The notes under the pieces are model-generated. The model had not been told where the DNA came from, did not search any database, and saw nothing but the letters and a program-made list of their open reading frames with translations. A DNA stretch of 64,000 nt from Chloroflexota bacterium (GTDB lineage Bacteria > Chloroflexota > UBA11872 > VXOZ01), in contig OZ219802.1 in assembly GCA_964291655.2 (NCBI GenBank), positions 1,472,001 through 1,536,000 on the forward strand, given 5' to 3'. This document shows positions 29,175-39,053 of the stretch, in pieces. A program made the position numbers and the translations under genes. The number at the start of each line of letters is the position of its first letter. Positions within the stretch are counted from its first letter, which is position 1.

Positions 29175-30404
29175 TCAGGTCGCCGCAGTGGCTCGCTGCT
29201 CGACGGCATTGTACGTAAAGCGGCCTACCGGCGGCAGTGGATCACCGATCAGCGGCCGGGCATACGCGTGGAATGCTTCAGTCGGCATATTACCTTCCCT
29301 GTTCATGAAGGCCCGCGGCATGAGATTCTCGGCGTTGGCCACAGCTCCCAATGGCGCCGTACCGGTCGTGGACTGGTAGGGGTCGTCGCCGGTTCGTTCC
29401 AAAGTGATCATGACGCCGCCGGCACCGCCCACGGCTTCCCGCACGGCCGCTTGCCCGACCATATAGGCCTCCTCACGGTCTACCGCGGAGCAGGTGACCA
29501 TAGACGACCGCTGCAAGGTGCCTGGACGGTTCGCCCGCGCTTTGATACCCAACCGTTCGCGCACCTGCCGTGCCAGGTAGTTGCCACATCCGGCGACTAT
29601 GATATGACCGAAGGAATCGGAGTTCACGGTAGCCTCCGAGAGTCCGACAATGTCGCCATCCGCCGTGGTGAGCATCTCGGCAACCGCCACCGTGCAAAAG
29701 CCGAATTCGACGAAACTCCGGGAAACATCATCCAGAAAGCGGTCTTCGCTGAACGGTATCTCCGGCACATACACGAGATGCGGCGGGTCGATTGGGCTCT
29801 CTTTGCCCAAGCAACTCGCGGCAGTGAGCCAACCCGCATGACGGCCCATGCTCTCGTAAATCGCAACTCTGTCGTATCCCGCCATTGCTTCCACGTCTCG
29901 GCCCATGTCGCGCACCGACAAGGCGCAGAAACGGGCGGCGCTGCCGTAGCCGGGGCAGTGGTCGGTGTACATGAGGTCGTTGTCTATAGTCTTCGGGACG
30001 CCAATCACGCGCAATTCATAGCCCTCACGCTCCGCCAGATCGGCGATACGCTGGCTGGTGTCCATGGAGTCGTTGCCGCCGTTATAGAGAAAATACCTGA
30101 TGTTCTGGGCGCGAAAGACCTCAAGGATGCGCACGTAGTCGTCCGGCCGCAATTTGCGGCGGCAGGACCCCAAGGCGGCCGCCGGCGTACGCTTGATGCG
30201 CTCCAGCAATTCATCACTTGCCCCCCCTAAGTCCATCAAGTCTTCCTTGAGCAGGCCTTCTACGCCATGCCGCAAGCCGTAGACGTTTTCTATTGCGGAA
30301 TGTTTGCTCGCCTCGTGCAATACGCCCACGAGCGATGCATTGATAACCGCGGTAGGACCACCTGATTGGCCGACCGCCAAATTGCCGCGCAGAGTGTCAG
30401 GCAT
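29175..30404 (-). CDS. 6-phosphofructokinase, probably PPi-dependent
   Basis: GQSGGPTAVIN, GGNDSMDT, PKTIDND and MGRHAGW motifs; Asp and Lys signature positions fit the PPi type. Confidence 0.9.
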   Translation of the reverse strand: MPDTLRGNLAVGQSGGPTAVINASLVGVLHEASKHSAIENVYGLRHGVEGLLKEDLMDLGGASDELLERIKRTPAAALGSCRRKLRPDDYVRILEVFRAQNIRYFLYNGGNDSMDTSQRIADLAEREGYELRVIGVPKTIDNDLMYTDHCPGYGSAARFCALSVRDMGRDVEAMAGYDRVAIYESMGRHAGWLTAASCLGKESPIDPPHLVYVPEIPFSEDRFLDDVSRSFVEFGFCTVAVAEMLTTADGDIVGLSEATVNSDSFGHIIVAGCGNYLARQVRERLGIKARANRPGTLQRSSMVTCSAVDREEAYMVGQAAVREAVGGAGGVMITLERTGDDPYQSTTGTAPLGAVANAENLMPRAFMNREGNMPTEAFHAYARPLIGDPLPPVGRFTYNAVEQRATAAT

Positions 30405-30428
30405 AAGAGGTTTCCGCTCCTCTCGCTC

Positions 30429-31469
30429 TTAGGAAAGTGCGTATTGTGTCAGTATGTCAATGCCCTGGTCTTGGTAGCGGGGAAGTCTTCCCAGTGCTTC
30501 GTCAGGGCCGATGCCGTGATGAATGATCTCGCTTATTACCGAGCCAACTGCCAATGGGTCGTCCTGACCCGGATAGAGCACGTTGCGTCCTACCATGGCC
30601 CCGCGTACATTGGGCCCCCCGCCCATGCCACGGGCGAATTCACGTATAGTCGGCTCGGGATTGTCGTGGGACGCCCCGCCCAACATCAGGAGCGGCATGG
30701 TCGTGGCTCGTACCACTCGCTCGTAGCCCTCGCACACGGGAATCTTCAACCAGGTGCGGGCGGTATTGCCGCCCAGACCGGAGAGCACACCGATCTGCTT
30801 GAGCAATTCGATGGGGTCCTTGACCGGTTGGTAGCCGTTTTCGGTGCGTTTGACCGGCAGTGGTTCCAAGAAACTCGGCAGGCCCATCGCGCTGAGTTCG
30901 CTCACCGCCTCCGCAATGTACATGAGCGTCTTGCCGGAACCCGGCTCATTGGGATCGAGTCGCCACAGCACCTTGGCGCCGTCCAGGTTCGCCTCGGCGA
31001 TACCGTCAGCCGTATAGGCGGTCATGTCGTCGTCCATTTCGAACGTCGTCCCGGCCAGGCCGGAGCGGTTCATGGAACCCAACAAGACCTTGCCGTCCAA
31101 GAAGCCCGGGCCGCCGCCTTGCTTGACCAGGTGGTTGACGATAAAGACGTCGTCCAGAACGTCGGGTGTTGCCATCAGGCCATCGATGAGACCCCCCACC
31201 AGCGCTCGCAACACACGACCCAGGTAGGCGTGCCGGTTCGTCATGCCCAGCGGGTCGGAGGGCGTGGCAGTAGACATGCGCGCCGGATGGTCCGCCGCCA
31301 AGATAACGAGCTTACCATCAGGGGCGAGGTGCGTGCGCCGCTTGCGCGAGCGCTGCTCCAGCGCCACGATCTCCGGCTTATCCACCCGCACGTCGGTAAT
31401 GCGCCAGAAGACTTCTTCCGGAAAGAACCGGTCGAGATCAAATGCGTAAGCGCCCGCAGTTTCTGCCAT
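30429..31469 (-). CDS. Cgl0159-like class I aldolase (TIM barrel)
   Basis: ILAADHPAR, GSMNRSGLAG..FEMDD, TWLKIP, LMLGG and VGRNVLYP motifs. Confidence 0.8.
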   Translation of the reverse strand: MAETAGAYAFDLDRFFPEEVFWRITDVRVDKPEIVALEQRSRKRRTHLAPDGKLVILAADHPARMSTATPSDPLGMTNRHAYLGRVLRALVGGLIDGLMATPDVLDDVFIVNHLVKQGGGPGFLDGKVLLGSMNRSGLAGTTFEMDDDMTAYTADGIAEANLDGAKVLWRLDPNEPGSGKTLMYIAEAVSELSAMGLPSFLEPLPVKRTENGYQPVKDPIELLKQIGVLSGLGGNTARTWLKIPVCEGYERVVRATTMPLLMLGGASHDNPEPTIREFARGMGGGPNVRGAMVGRNVLYPGQDDPLAVGSVISEIIHHGIGPDEALGRLPRYQDQGIDILTQYALS

Positions 31470-31603
31470 CTATGCGTCTCCCGGTGTAGTCACGCGCGTC
31501 ATAGTTTGTGTGCCAACAACCAATTATAGCTTACATCTTTGTACTTTACTTGCACGGCCTAATTAGTAGACTTAGCCTTGACGCATTCGCCTGCCAGGAA
31601 TCA

Positions 31604-31703
31604 TGTCATTCCGAGCGCAGCGAGGAGTTTAAACAACTCACGATTCTAGATTCTTCGTCGCGGAGTGTATCCTGAGCCTGCCGAAGGGCTCCTCAGAATG
31701 ACA
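31604..31703. repeat. Inverted REP pair (GTCATTCCGAGCGCAGCGAGGA type) with nested insert
   Basis: TGTCATTCCGAGCGCAGCGAGGA ... CTTCGTCGC[GGAGTGTATCCTGAGCCTGCCGAAGG]GCTCCTCAGAATGACA. Confidence 0.75.
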
Positions 31704-32065
31704 GGTTGAACTGCTGGCTTAGGGCTGGGTGCGACTACGTGTCTTGCACGTGACCAATCTAAACCCAAAACTACCAATTCCGCTTGCATGGCTAACGATC
31801 ACACACTACTTAACTCTTTCGCCAACAAGGTCTCACATGTCCGATCGCCTGTCTCCGTAGAGTTTACACATTGACACACGCATTGGCGCTATCGAGTTCT
31901 TGGGGAAGCAGCGTCCTACCCTTGGCCGATAATCCGTTGCAGTAACACAACTAGGTTACAATATTGGAAGTCGGTGGGAAGTGCAAGACAGCAAGAGGAA
32001 ACAACCTGCGCAGGAGTACGTGGCCTTGGCCGCTGCAAGAAGCACAACGATGTGCCTAAATCCAT

Positions 32066-32286
32066 CCGTTCGTGCTGAGCCTATCGAATCACAACGGCGC
32101 TTTTGACTCCATCCCGCTCGTGCTGAGACCGTCGAAGCGCAACGGCACGCCTGTCTCTATCCCATTCGTGCTGAGCCCGTCGAAGCGCAACGGCGCGCCT
32201 GTTTCTATCCCGTTCGTGCTGAGCCCGTCGAAGCGCAAAAATGCGTCTGAATCTATCCCGTTCGTGCTGAGCCTGTCGAAGCACAA
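32066..32286. repeat. 48-bp period tandem array of a REP-like unit (5 copies)
   Basis: CCGTTCGTGCTGAGCC(C/T)GTCGAAGC(A/G)CAA-like unit at 32066, 32114, 32162, 32210 and 32258. Confidence 0.92.
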
Positions 32287-32404
32287 TAAGGAAGGCAGTT
32301 GACTTGAAGAGACTCGGTGCAAGCCGACGTTAGGCCACCCAACTCAATTCTGCGCAATTTGCAAAAGCAACAAGCCCATAGTGTTCTGAATAGAGTAACC
32401 CCGA

Positions 32405-32824
32405 ATGAATGACTCCGTCACATCACAGCCCCACGTTCCCACGGAGAGGAAAGGACGGCACAAGACCATCGCCGTCGTTGCCGAGCAATGGCACCTGCGG
32501 GCGCTCGTGCGCGCCGCCGTGGAAAACAAGCGCACGCGCGTGGTCGAGGCATCGTCCCTAGAAGAACTGCGTACTATCGCGTGCGGCGCCCGCATCGATC
32601 TCGCCATCCTCGAAGTTGAGGCCGTTTGCAATGACGAGGAACTGGAGTCGGCGCTGCTCACGTGGGACGGGCCGCTCGCAGAGGTGCCGGTGATTCTGCT
32701 CACCGACCAAACGGCACCTGACGAAACTTTACTCCCCGGCTCATTTCCCCCATTTCGGACGCTCCACAAGCACTTCAGTCCCTTCGAACTCCTCAACTTC
32801 GTCTACACCCTCATCGGCTATTGA
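32405..32824 (+). CDS. Stand-alone receiver-like (pseudo-receiver) domain protein
   Basis: CheY-like pattern IAVVAE, VVEA, IDLAILEV, VPVILLT, HKHFSPFEL; phosphoacceptor Asp appears replaced by Glu. Confidence 0.6.
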   Translation: MNDSVTSQPHVPTERKGRHKTIAVVAEQWHLRALVRAAVENKRTRVVEASSLEELRTIACGARIDLAILEVEAVCNDEELESALLTWDGPLAEVPVILLTDQTAPDETLLPGSFPPFRTLHKHFSPFELLNFVYTLIGY

Positions 32825-32938
32825 CCGGCTGGCAAGGTATACACCCCAAGTTGGCTAAATGCTCACAACGACATGCCTTGCCCCGATCGGCATGATGCGA
32901 CAAAGTCCGTACAGGGAATTAGGCCCTTGCCGAGAAGC

Positions 32939-33739
32939 CTAGTCGCTGTACGCCGCCAGCAGCTTCTCCACGTGCGCGCGTACAGAGTCGCGATCTGCGC
33001 TGCAGACGAGGCACGTAAAGGGGAACTCGCCGGTGGCGCGGAAGCGGGCGGCGTTGGGGTAGTGGAAATCGCCGGTGTGGGTCATGAACTGGCCCCACCA
33101 GCCGTAGGTAAAGGCAGGGCCGGAGACTCTACTCTGCTCGGTCCACTCCGGCGGAAAGAGCGAGCGAAACGGCGGCAAGGAATTAATCCAACTGCCGCAC
33201 TGCACAATCCGGATATCCGGCCGGTCGTGTTCCAAGTCGTCCAGGAGTTTCAGTAGCAACCGCGTCAGGGCGGGCATGTCCCAGAAGGGTGACTTGGGCT
33301 GCACCATGTTCGTGAAGTGGATGTGGACGATGTCTTCCGCGTAGTCGCGGCTGAAGCTGCCGTAGGGCGTGGGCGGGATTACCTGTCCCGCACCCTCCCA
33401 GAGGTTGCCCTTGCGTTCGCCGGCAAGGCGCTCTTCCATCGTGGGATGTAGCAGGGCATAGGCGGCCTCTTCCAGCGCATCCGTAGCCGCGTCATGGCGG
33501 TGCTCGTGAAAGAGTGCTTTCAACCGGTCCACGAGCACATCCCACTCGGGGTCTGGGTGGCCCTGCGCAGGATGATGCTCGCCATCCCAGAGGTGCGTGC
33601 GCCGGTAGATGTCAACGCGGGCGGCGATGAGCTCCTCAAAAGGACGCTGCTCAGTCTGGAGCAAGCGGTGCACGTACCAGGTCTTGAGCTTCACGCACTC
33701 GCGGTCGTAGTTGCGGCGGATGTCTAGCCGAGATGCCAT
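32939..33739 (-). CDS. Hypothetical protein
   Basis: 266-aa ORF with host-like codon usage; motifs HFTN..PKSPF, CGSWINS and WWGQF; family not recognised. Confidence 0.7.
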   Translation of the reverse strand: MASRLDIRRNYDRECVKLKTWYVHRLLQTEQRPFEELIAARVDIYRRTHLWDGEHHPAQGHPDPEWDVLVDRLKALFHEHRHDAATDALEEAAYALLHPTMEERLAGERKGNLWEGAGQVIPPTPYGSFSRDYAEDIVHIHFTNMVQPKSPFWDMPALTRLLLKLLDDLEHDRPDIRIVQCGSWINSLPPFRSLFPPEWTEQSRVSGPAFTYGWWGQFMTHTGDFHYPNAARFRATGEFPFTCLVCSADRDSVRAHVEKLLAAYSD

Positions 33740-33835
33740 TGCTCAATTTCCTGACGGAAAGCGTTGCGAAACATTGTCTGACATGAGTAACCGCATTCAA
33801 GAGGTGAAGATTTCCCCTCACCCCAACTCTCTCCC

Positions 33836-34123
33836 TGTACAGACCGGGGACATAGGTAACAGTTGTTCGGGGACATGGGTTACACATTTTACTGATTGAC
33901 ACCTACGAGAGCATTGGGTTGGTCCGGGTTTGATAAGAGACTGGCGACACAGTGCACTCACTTTCAGCCTGTCAGCTTGTGCCAGAGAAACAAACTGTGT
34001 GCATAAGGATATTGAGCGGATCTAACTTTCAAGGCAAGGACATCGCATACTACGAAAATCCCCTCGTTCTATGGTGTAACCTATGTGCCCGAACATGTGT
34101 AACCCATGTACCCGGTCTATACA
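33836..34123 (+). mobile_element. MITE-A copy 1 (288 bp, TGT..ACA, IS481-like ends)
   Basis: Terminal inverted repeats each with two GG(G/T/C)ACAT(A/G)GGT(A/T)ACA subrepeats; 5-bp duplication CTCCC. Confidence 0.95.
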
Positions 34124-34421
34124 CTCCCCAGGGAGAGGGGGTCATTGTCGCCCGCCTATCTTAGTAATGTATCGCACTGGAAGTCTGCGCGTGGCCCGAA
34201 CCAAGGTGGAGAGGGAGTCTCTCTTGCCCGCCAATCTTGCTCAAGCATCAGTCTGATGGTCCGCACATGCCCTAAACCAAGGTATGGGGGTCTCCAGGCG
34301 GGGATATAACCGTTTGCTCGATTCTCTCTTGAACGCTTCAAACGCCTGCCTAAACGCCTAGGGTCACCGTTTCGCCGGCTGAGCTTGTGGATGTGCTTAG
34401 AAACGATCCCGATTCTGTCGG

Positions 34422-35399
34422 CTACTCTTCCGGTACTACTGTAACAGGCAATCCAGTCTCGATAGATTGCCGCGCCGCCGTGATCAGGCGCATTGCCTCC
34501 ACGCCGTCCTCGCCGGTGACGATTGGCACTGTCTTGCCCGCCACACAGTCGAGAAAGTGGCTAATTTCCATATAATAGCGGTCGAGTCCGCCGACGTCCG
34601 TCTCCACCCGCTCGGTAACGTGATCCAGGCTAAAGCGGCTCCGTCCGGATTGAATGTCGATAACGATAGCGCCGCGTTCGCCGTAAATCTCAATGCACTT
34701 TTCCGAATGGGGCGACGACCAGCTTCCCTCCATGGCGCCGACCACGCCGTCCACACTCTCCGCCATGAAGACAACGGTATCGGTGCCGGCTATGTCTTGA
34801 GCGAGGGTCGCGCCCTTGGCGTAGATGTTCTTTAGCTCTCCAATTAGGTGGCGGAAGAGGTCGACGTAGTGAGGGCCGGACTCCCACAGGATGCCGCCGC
34901 CCCGCGCGGGATCTCCCAACCAGGTGCCGGCCATGAGCTCCACGCCCGCAAACCGGAGGCGGAAATGGTGCAGGGGGCCCAGCTTACCGGCATCGATCCA
35001 TGCTTTGGCTTTGGCGATGGGGGTATAGAAGCGGTTGCAGAATGCGGTCAGTAGATGGACGTTAGCGCGCCGGGCGGCAGCAACCATGGCCTGCCCCTCG
35101 GCCACGCTCATGGCCAGCGGCTTTTCACAGAGCACGTGCAGACCCCGCGCAACCGCCTGTTCGGTAATCTTGCGGTGGGAGGTCGGCGGCGTGCAAATGC
35201 TGACGGCATGCAGTTCTTCACTACGCAGCATGTCCGCGTAGTCGGTGTAGGCTTTTGCGCCGTACTCCTGCGCACGCGCCTCCGCGACGGCCAGAATAGG
35301 ATCGGCCACGGCCACAATCTGCGCCCGACCACTCTTGGCATAGCTGCACAAATGAGAATGGGAAATAGCGCCGCAGCCAATGACGCCCACACGGATCAT
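34422..35399 (-). CDS. Gfo/Idh/MocA family oxidoreductase
   Basis: VGVIGCGAI; HVLCEKPLA; GGGILWESGPHYVD. Confidence 0.92.
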   Translation of the reverse strand: MIRVGVIGCGAISHSHLCSYAKSGRAQIVAVADPILAVAEARAQEYGAKAYTDYADMLRSEELHAVSICTPPTSHRKITEQAVARGLHVLCEKPLAMSVAEGQAMVAAARRANVHLLTAFCNRFYTPIAKAKAWIDAGKLGPLHHFRLRFAGVELMAGTWLGDPARGGGILWESGPHYVDLFRHLIGELKNIYAKGATLAQDIAGTDTVVFMAESVDGVVGAMEGSWSSPHSEKCIEIYGERGAIVIDIQSGRSRFSLDHVTERVETDVGGLDRYYMEISHFLDCVAGKTVPIVTGEDGVEAMRLITAARQSIETGLPVTVVPEE

Positions 35400-35487
35400 G
35401 GAAGAGCCTTTCTCTGTCGAATTGCCACTCCTCAGGCCATGCAAACCGGAAATGCAAGGAGCCCCTCACCCCAGCCCTCTCCCCCAG

Positions 35488-36039
35488 GAGACCTCTGCGC
35501 AACTCTAGCGGTAGCGAAATAGTTCCCTCTCCCTCGACGGGAGAGGGCTAGAGCCTGCCCCGTACTCGATACGTGTATAGACCGGGGACATGGGTAACAG
35601 TTGTTCGGGCTCATAGGTAACACCATAGAACGAGGGGGTTTTCGTAGTATGCGATGTCCTTGCCTTGAAAGTTAGATCCACTCAATATCCTTATGCACAC
35701 TGTTTGTTTCTCTGGCACAAGCTGACAGGCGGAAAGTGAGTGCACTGTGTCGCCAGTCTCTTATCAAACCCGGACCAACCCAATGCTCTCGTAGGTGTCA
35801 ATCAGTAAAATGTGTTACCCATGTCCCCGAACAACTGTTACCTATGTCCCCGGTCTGTACAATACGGGGGTGAGGGTGAATCTCCGAATTCTCTCCATAG
35901 CATACAGATATTTGCTCGGCTACATCTTGACACTGCACCAGCGCAAGGGGCCACCGCAACATAAAGATCCCCTCACCCCGACCCTCTCCCCGAGGAGAGG
36001 GAGGTTTGCTCGCCGACAGGTAAGTTACGCAAAGGTCTC
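35488..36039. mobile_element. MITE-B (GAGACC..GGTCTC ends) containing REP hairpins and MITE-A copy 2
   Basis: Ends GAGACCTCTGCGCAACT and AGTTACGCAAAGGTCTC; CCCAG on both sides; sits inside a CCCTCTCC/GGAGAGGG hairpin. Confidence 0.85.
35574..35861 (-). mobile_element. MITE-A copy 2 (variant, about 11 substitutions)
   Basis: Same 288-bp length; 5-bp duplication ATACG. Confidence 0.95.
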
Positions 36040-36170
36040 CCCAGGGAGAGGGAGTCACTTTGCGCTTGCGGGTCGTTCGTACGCCAATCCCGCCGGTCGT
36101 ATGACTATGCCTCTGTTGAGCGATTCGCCGGGCTTCCGACCCCGGCAGAAGAAGATGCATGCCGTTTCGT

Positions 36171-36920
36171 TCATTGTTTTCGGCCTACCATGAGCCGAGT
36201 GAGCAAGCCGAACTGGGGCGGCGCGATTGCGAATGTCTCGCGTAGTGCCGGCGGCGCAGCGGCGAAGCGCGCACGCAACTCTTCAACAGCCTCCGGCGGT
36301 GTTTGCTGGCGGGCGACCCAATCGTCAAACTCCAACATCTTCAGCCAGGTGTGCGTCACCGCAAAGTTGAGGCCCGCCGCGTGAAAGAAGCCCTGCCACT
36401 CACCTTGGCTCCACTCGCGCACGTGCGAAGGGTCGCGCAGCACCTCCACAGCATTAATCCAGCGGTCCGCGATGGAATCGTCTGGTGACGTATTGTCCAC
36501 CACCAAGAAGCGGCCCCCAGCGGTCAGGACACGCGCCACTTCCTGCACCACGCGGGCGGGCTGTTGGAAGTGGTGCCCGGTGTAACGGCAAACAACGAGA
36601 GAAAAGCTCTCATCCGGAAACGGCAGGTGCTCAGCATTGCCGACGCTGGCTGCAAAATGAGCAATGCCGCGCTCGTAGGCATTGCGGCAGGCGGTCAAAA
36701 CCATCTGGGGCGTGATGTCAAAGCCGATGATTTGTCCCGCGCAGCGGGACAGAGCAAAGGCGGCGTGGCCCGCGCCGGTGCCGACATCCAGTGCACGGGC
36801 ATGTTGGCCGGGGCCGGCCTGCTCCACGAGCCAGTCCAGGTCCTCGCCCTCCGCGAAGGCCGCACTCTGGCTATACGCTTCTGCCGCACGGCCGAACTGT
36901 TTCTGAACTTGCTGATACAT
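36171..36920 (-). CDS. Class I SAM-dependent methyltransferase (YcgJ/YafE-like)
   Basis: ALDVGTGAGH, NAEHLPFPDESF, CR..GHHF and RDPSHVR motifs. Confidence 0.9.
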   Translation of the reverse strand: MYQQVQKQFGRAAEAYSQSAAFAEGEDLDWLVEQAGPGQHARALDVGTGAGHAAFALSRCAGQIIGFDITPQMVLTACRNAYERGIAHFAASVGNAEHLPFPDESFSLVVCRYTGHHFQQPARVVQEVARVLTAGGRFLVVDNTSPDDSIADRWINAVEVLRDPSHVREWSQGEWQGFFHAAGLNFAVTHTWLKMLEFDDWVARQQTPPEAVEELRARFAAAPPALRETFAIAPPQFGLLTRLMVGRKQ

Positions 36921-37130
36921 CGTCTCAGATAACCGTATCGCTCCCCAGGCCGGCAGACGAGATGACTCACTTACTCTGAGGTAATAACACCCATCCCAAG
37001 CTGTCAGCCCGCAAGACTCATTCTGCCTAGGAGACCATCGCACAGCCCAATTCTACAGGCGGCAAGACTCCCTCTCCCCTTGAAGACCCTACACGCCCAC
37101 ACCTAGCAGACCAAAAGACTCCCTCTCACC

Positions 37131-37244
37131 AGAAAGCCCCTGTGCACCCCTGCCCTGCAGGCCGCAAGACCCCCTCTCCCTGGGGAGAGAAAGCCCATGT
37201 GCACCCCTGCCCTGCAAGCCGCAAGACCCCCTCTCCCTGGGGAG
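37131..37244. repeat. 57-bp tandem duplication containing a REP hairpin
   Basis: 37131-37187 and 37188-37244 differ at two positions; more degenerate units lie upstream to about 37060. Confidence 0.85.
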
Positions 37245-37532
37245 TGTATAGACCGGGTACATGGGTTACACATGTTCGGGCACATAGGTTACACCATAGA
37301 ACGAGGGGATTTTCGTAGTATGCGATGTCCTTGCCTTGAAAGTTAGATCCGCTCAATATCCTTATGCACACAGTTTGTTTCTCTGGCACAAGCTGACAGG
37401 CTGAAAGTGAGTGCACTGTGTCGCCAGTCTCTTATCAAACCCGGACCAACCCAATGCTCTCGTAGGTGTCAATCAGTAAAATGTGTAACCCATGTCCCCG
37501 AACAACTGTTACCTATGTCCCCGGTCTGTACA
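37245..37532 (-). mobile_element. MITE-A copy 3
   Basis: Reverse complement of copy 1; 5-bp duplication GGGAG. Confidence 0.95.
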
Positions 37533-37943
37533 GGGAGAGGGCCGGGGTGAGGGGAATCTTCACCGTTACCGCCTATTGCCGCACGCTCGTCAGGACCGAA
37601 AATACATCCTTGGGACCAAGCCGTCTCATCCGCAGTCCCAAATCATCCAGCCTCCACTTAATCGCCGCGCTCCGCGCGGTTGCACAGCAACGACACAACT
37701 GTCCGCTCACGGCGGCTGTAACGTAACGACCTCAATGGGTCAAGCGGTCTCGATTCAGCAACTCCACGCCTCCGCCTCTCCGCATGGTAAAGGATGCGCC
37801 GCACTCAGGGCAACGGGAACATGACACTGGTTTAGTGCTATGCTAGAATCGTGGTTCGGGTGAAGAAGATGACACGTCCTTTGACGAATGGATATGTAAG
37901 TTTCTTTGTGTACGTAGCTCGTGGCAAGAAGGAGTTGCTCTTG

Positions 37944-38462
37944 ATGCGGTGGGGTTTGCGCGTTCCCTTGGCGCTCGTCGCGCTTGTGCTTTCGTTGATA
38001 CTTATCAGCGCTTGTGGTGGCGAAGAGAAAGCAGCCTGGAGTTGGGATGAAGACCCAACGCCCGAGACAGTCGCCTCCACAGATTCCTCTACCACCAAGA
38101 AAGATGATGCATGCGAACCGATGCCGGATTGCATCGAGGTTACCGTGGACCTTAGTAAGGGCAGGGCCGAGGACGGGATGGAGCTATTCGAGACAAAGGG
38201 ATGCGTCGCCTGTCATCAGGTTGAAGAAGGCGGCCCCGGTGGCACAATTGGCCCCTTACTTGCCGGTATTGGCGATCCCGCGGCGCGCCCGCAACTGGCG
38301 GCGGGTGATGAAGGTGCGGCAGGCATTCCCAACACTCCTGAGAATATCTGGCGCTGGGTGCAGTTCCCGCAAAAGATCAAGCCGGGAACGGAAATGGCGC
38401 CGCAACCCCTTGATGAGCAAGAGGCCGCTGACCTGGTAGCGTATCTGCAGACGCTGAAGTAG
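37944..38462 (+). CDS. Monoheme cytochrome c lipoprotein
   Basis: ISAC lipobox; CVACH heme motif; GP.L.GIG; P..IKPGTEM axial Met. Confidence 0.88.
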   Translation: MRWGLRVPLALVALVLSLILISACGGEEKAAWSWDEDPTPETVASTDSSTTKKDDACEPMPDCIEVTVDLSKGRAEDGMELFETKGCVACHQVEEGGPGGTIGPLLAGIGDPAARPQLAAGDEGAAGIPNTPENIWRWVQFPQKIKPGTEMAPQPLDEQEAADLVAYLQTLK

Positions 38463-38524
38463 TGCGTCCGGCGAACCGCAATTGGCCGCAGAGTTCGTGC
38501 GGCTCTTTCAGGGACCCGTAGTCG

Positions 38525-38983
38525 ATGCGCAGGCTTGTCCAAATCGCCGCAGGCCTATCTCTCGTCACTCTGTGGCTTGCTGCACTAACCGGCTGTCTTC
38601 CTTGGGATTCTCAGGAGCAGTCGACTGCTCAACCCATCGCGAATGGTGGTTCCCGCGCTTCCGCCAACCCGCTGTCAACCGTTCCGCCGGGAATTCTCGA
38701 CAATGGCAGCGCGACACAGGGCCAAGCGCTCTTCGCAAGCAAGGGGTGTACTGCTTGCCACCAGATCGGCGGTGAAGGCGGCAGCGCCGGTCCCGCCTTG
38801 GACGGCATCGGCGACCGGACGAAGCGGCCAACGCTGGCAGGCAACCTTGCAAACACGGCGGAAAACTTGTGGCTCTGGATCACGGATCCGCGATCGATCA
38901 AGCGTGATACCCTCATGGCGTCGCAGCCGCTCACTCCCCAAGAAGCCGTCGACCTCGTAGCATACCTGGAGACTCTGAAATAG
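38525..38983 (+). CDS. Monoheme cytochrome c lipoprotein, tandem paralog
   Basis: LTGC lipobox; CTACH motif; shared C-terminus DLVAYL.TLK. Confidence 0.88.
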   Translation: MRRLVQIAAGLSLVTLWLAALTGCLPWDSQEQSTAQPIANGGSRASANPLSTVPPGILDNGSATQGQALFASKGCTACHQIGGEGGSAGPALDGIGDRTKRPTLAGNLANTAENLWLWITDPRSIKRDTLMASQPLTPQEAVDLVAYLETLK

Positions 38984-39053
38984 GTGACTGTGCAGGCGGG
39001 AGGACTCCCTCTACCTGGGAAGAGAACAGGCGAATGATCCCACTCTCCCTGGG

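Noticed and set aside
32066-32286. CRISPR array
   Set aside because: Linkers are short (about 19 nt) and similar to each other, the unit is a REP seen elsewhere in the window, and no cas genes are present.
33836-34123. Tn7 or CRISPR-associated transposon ends; guide RNA in the core
   Set aside because: No tns or cas genes are in the window, and the core shows only a trivial CCCCTC match to its targets.
33952-34164. Recurrent small ORFs (MHSLSACQLVPEK.., MSISKMC..) as a gene family
   Set aside because: They arise from the repeated MITE-A sequence, run out of the element and end differently in each copy; no clear RBS.
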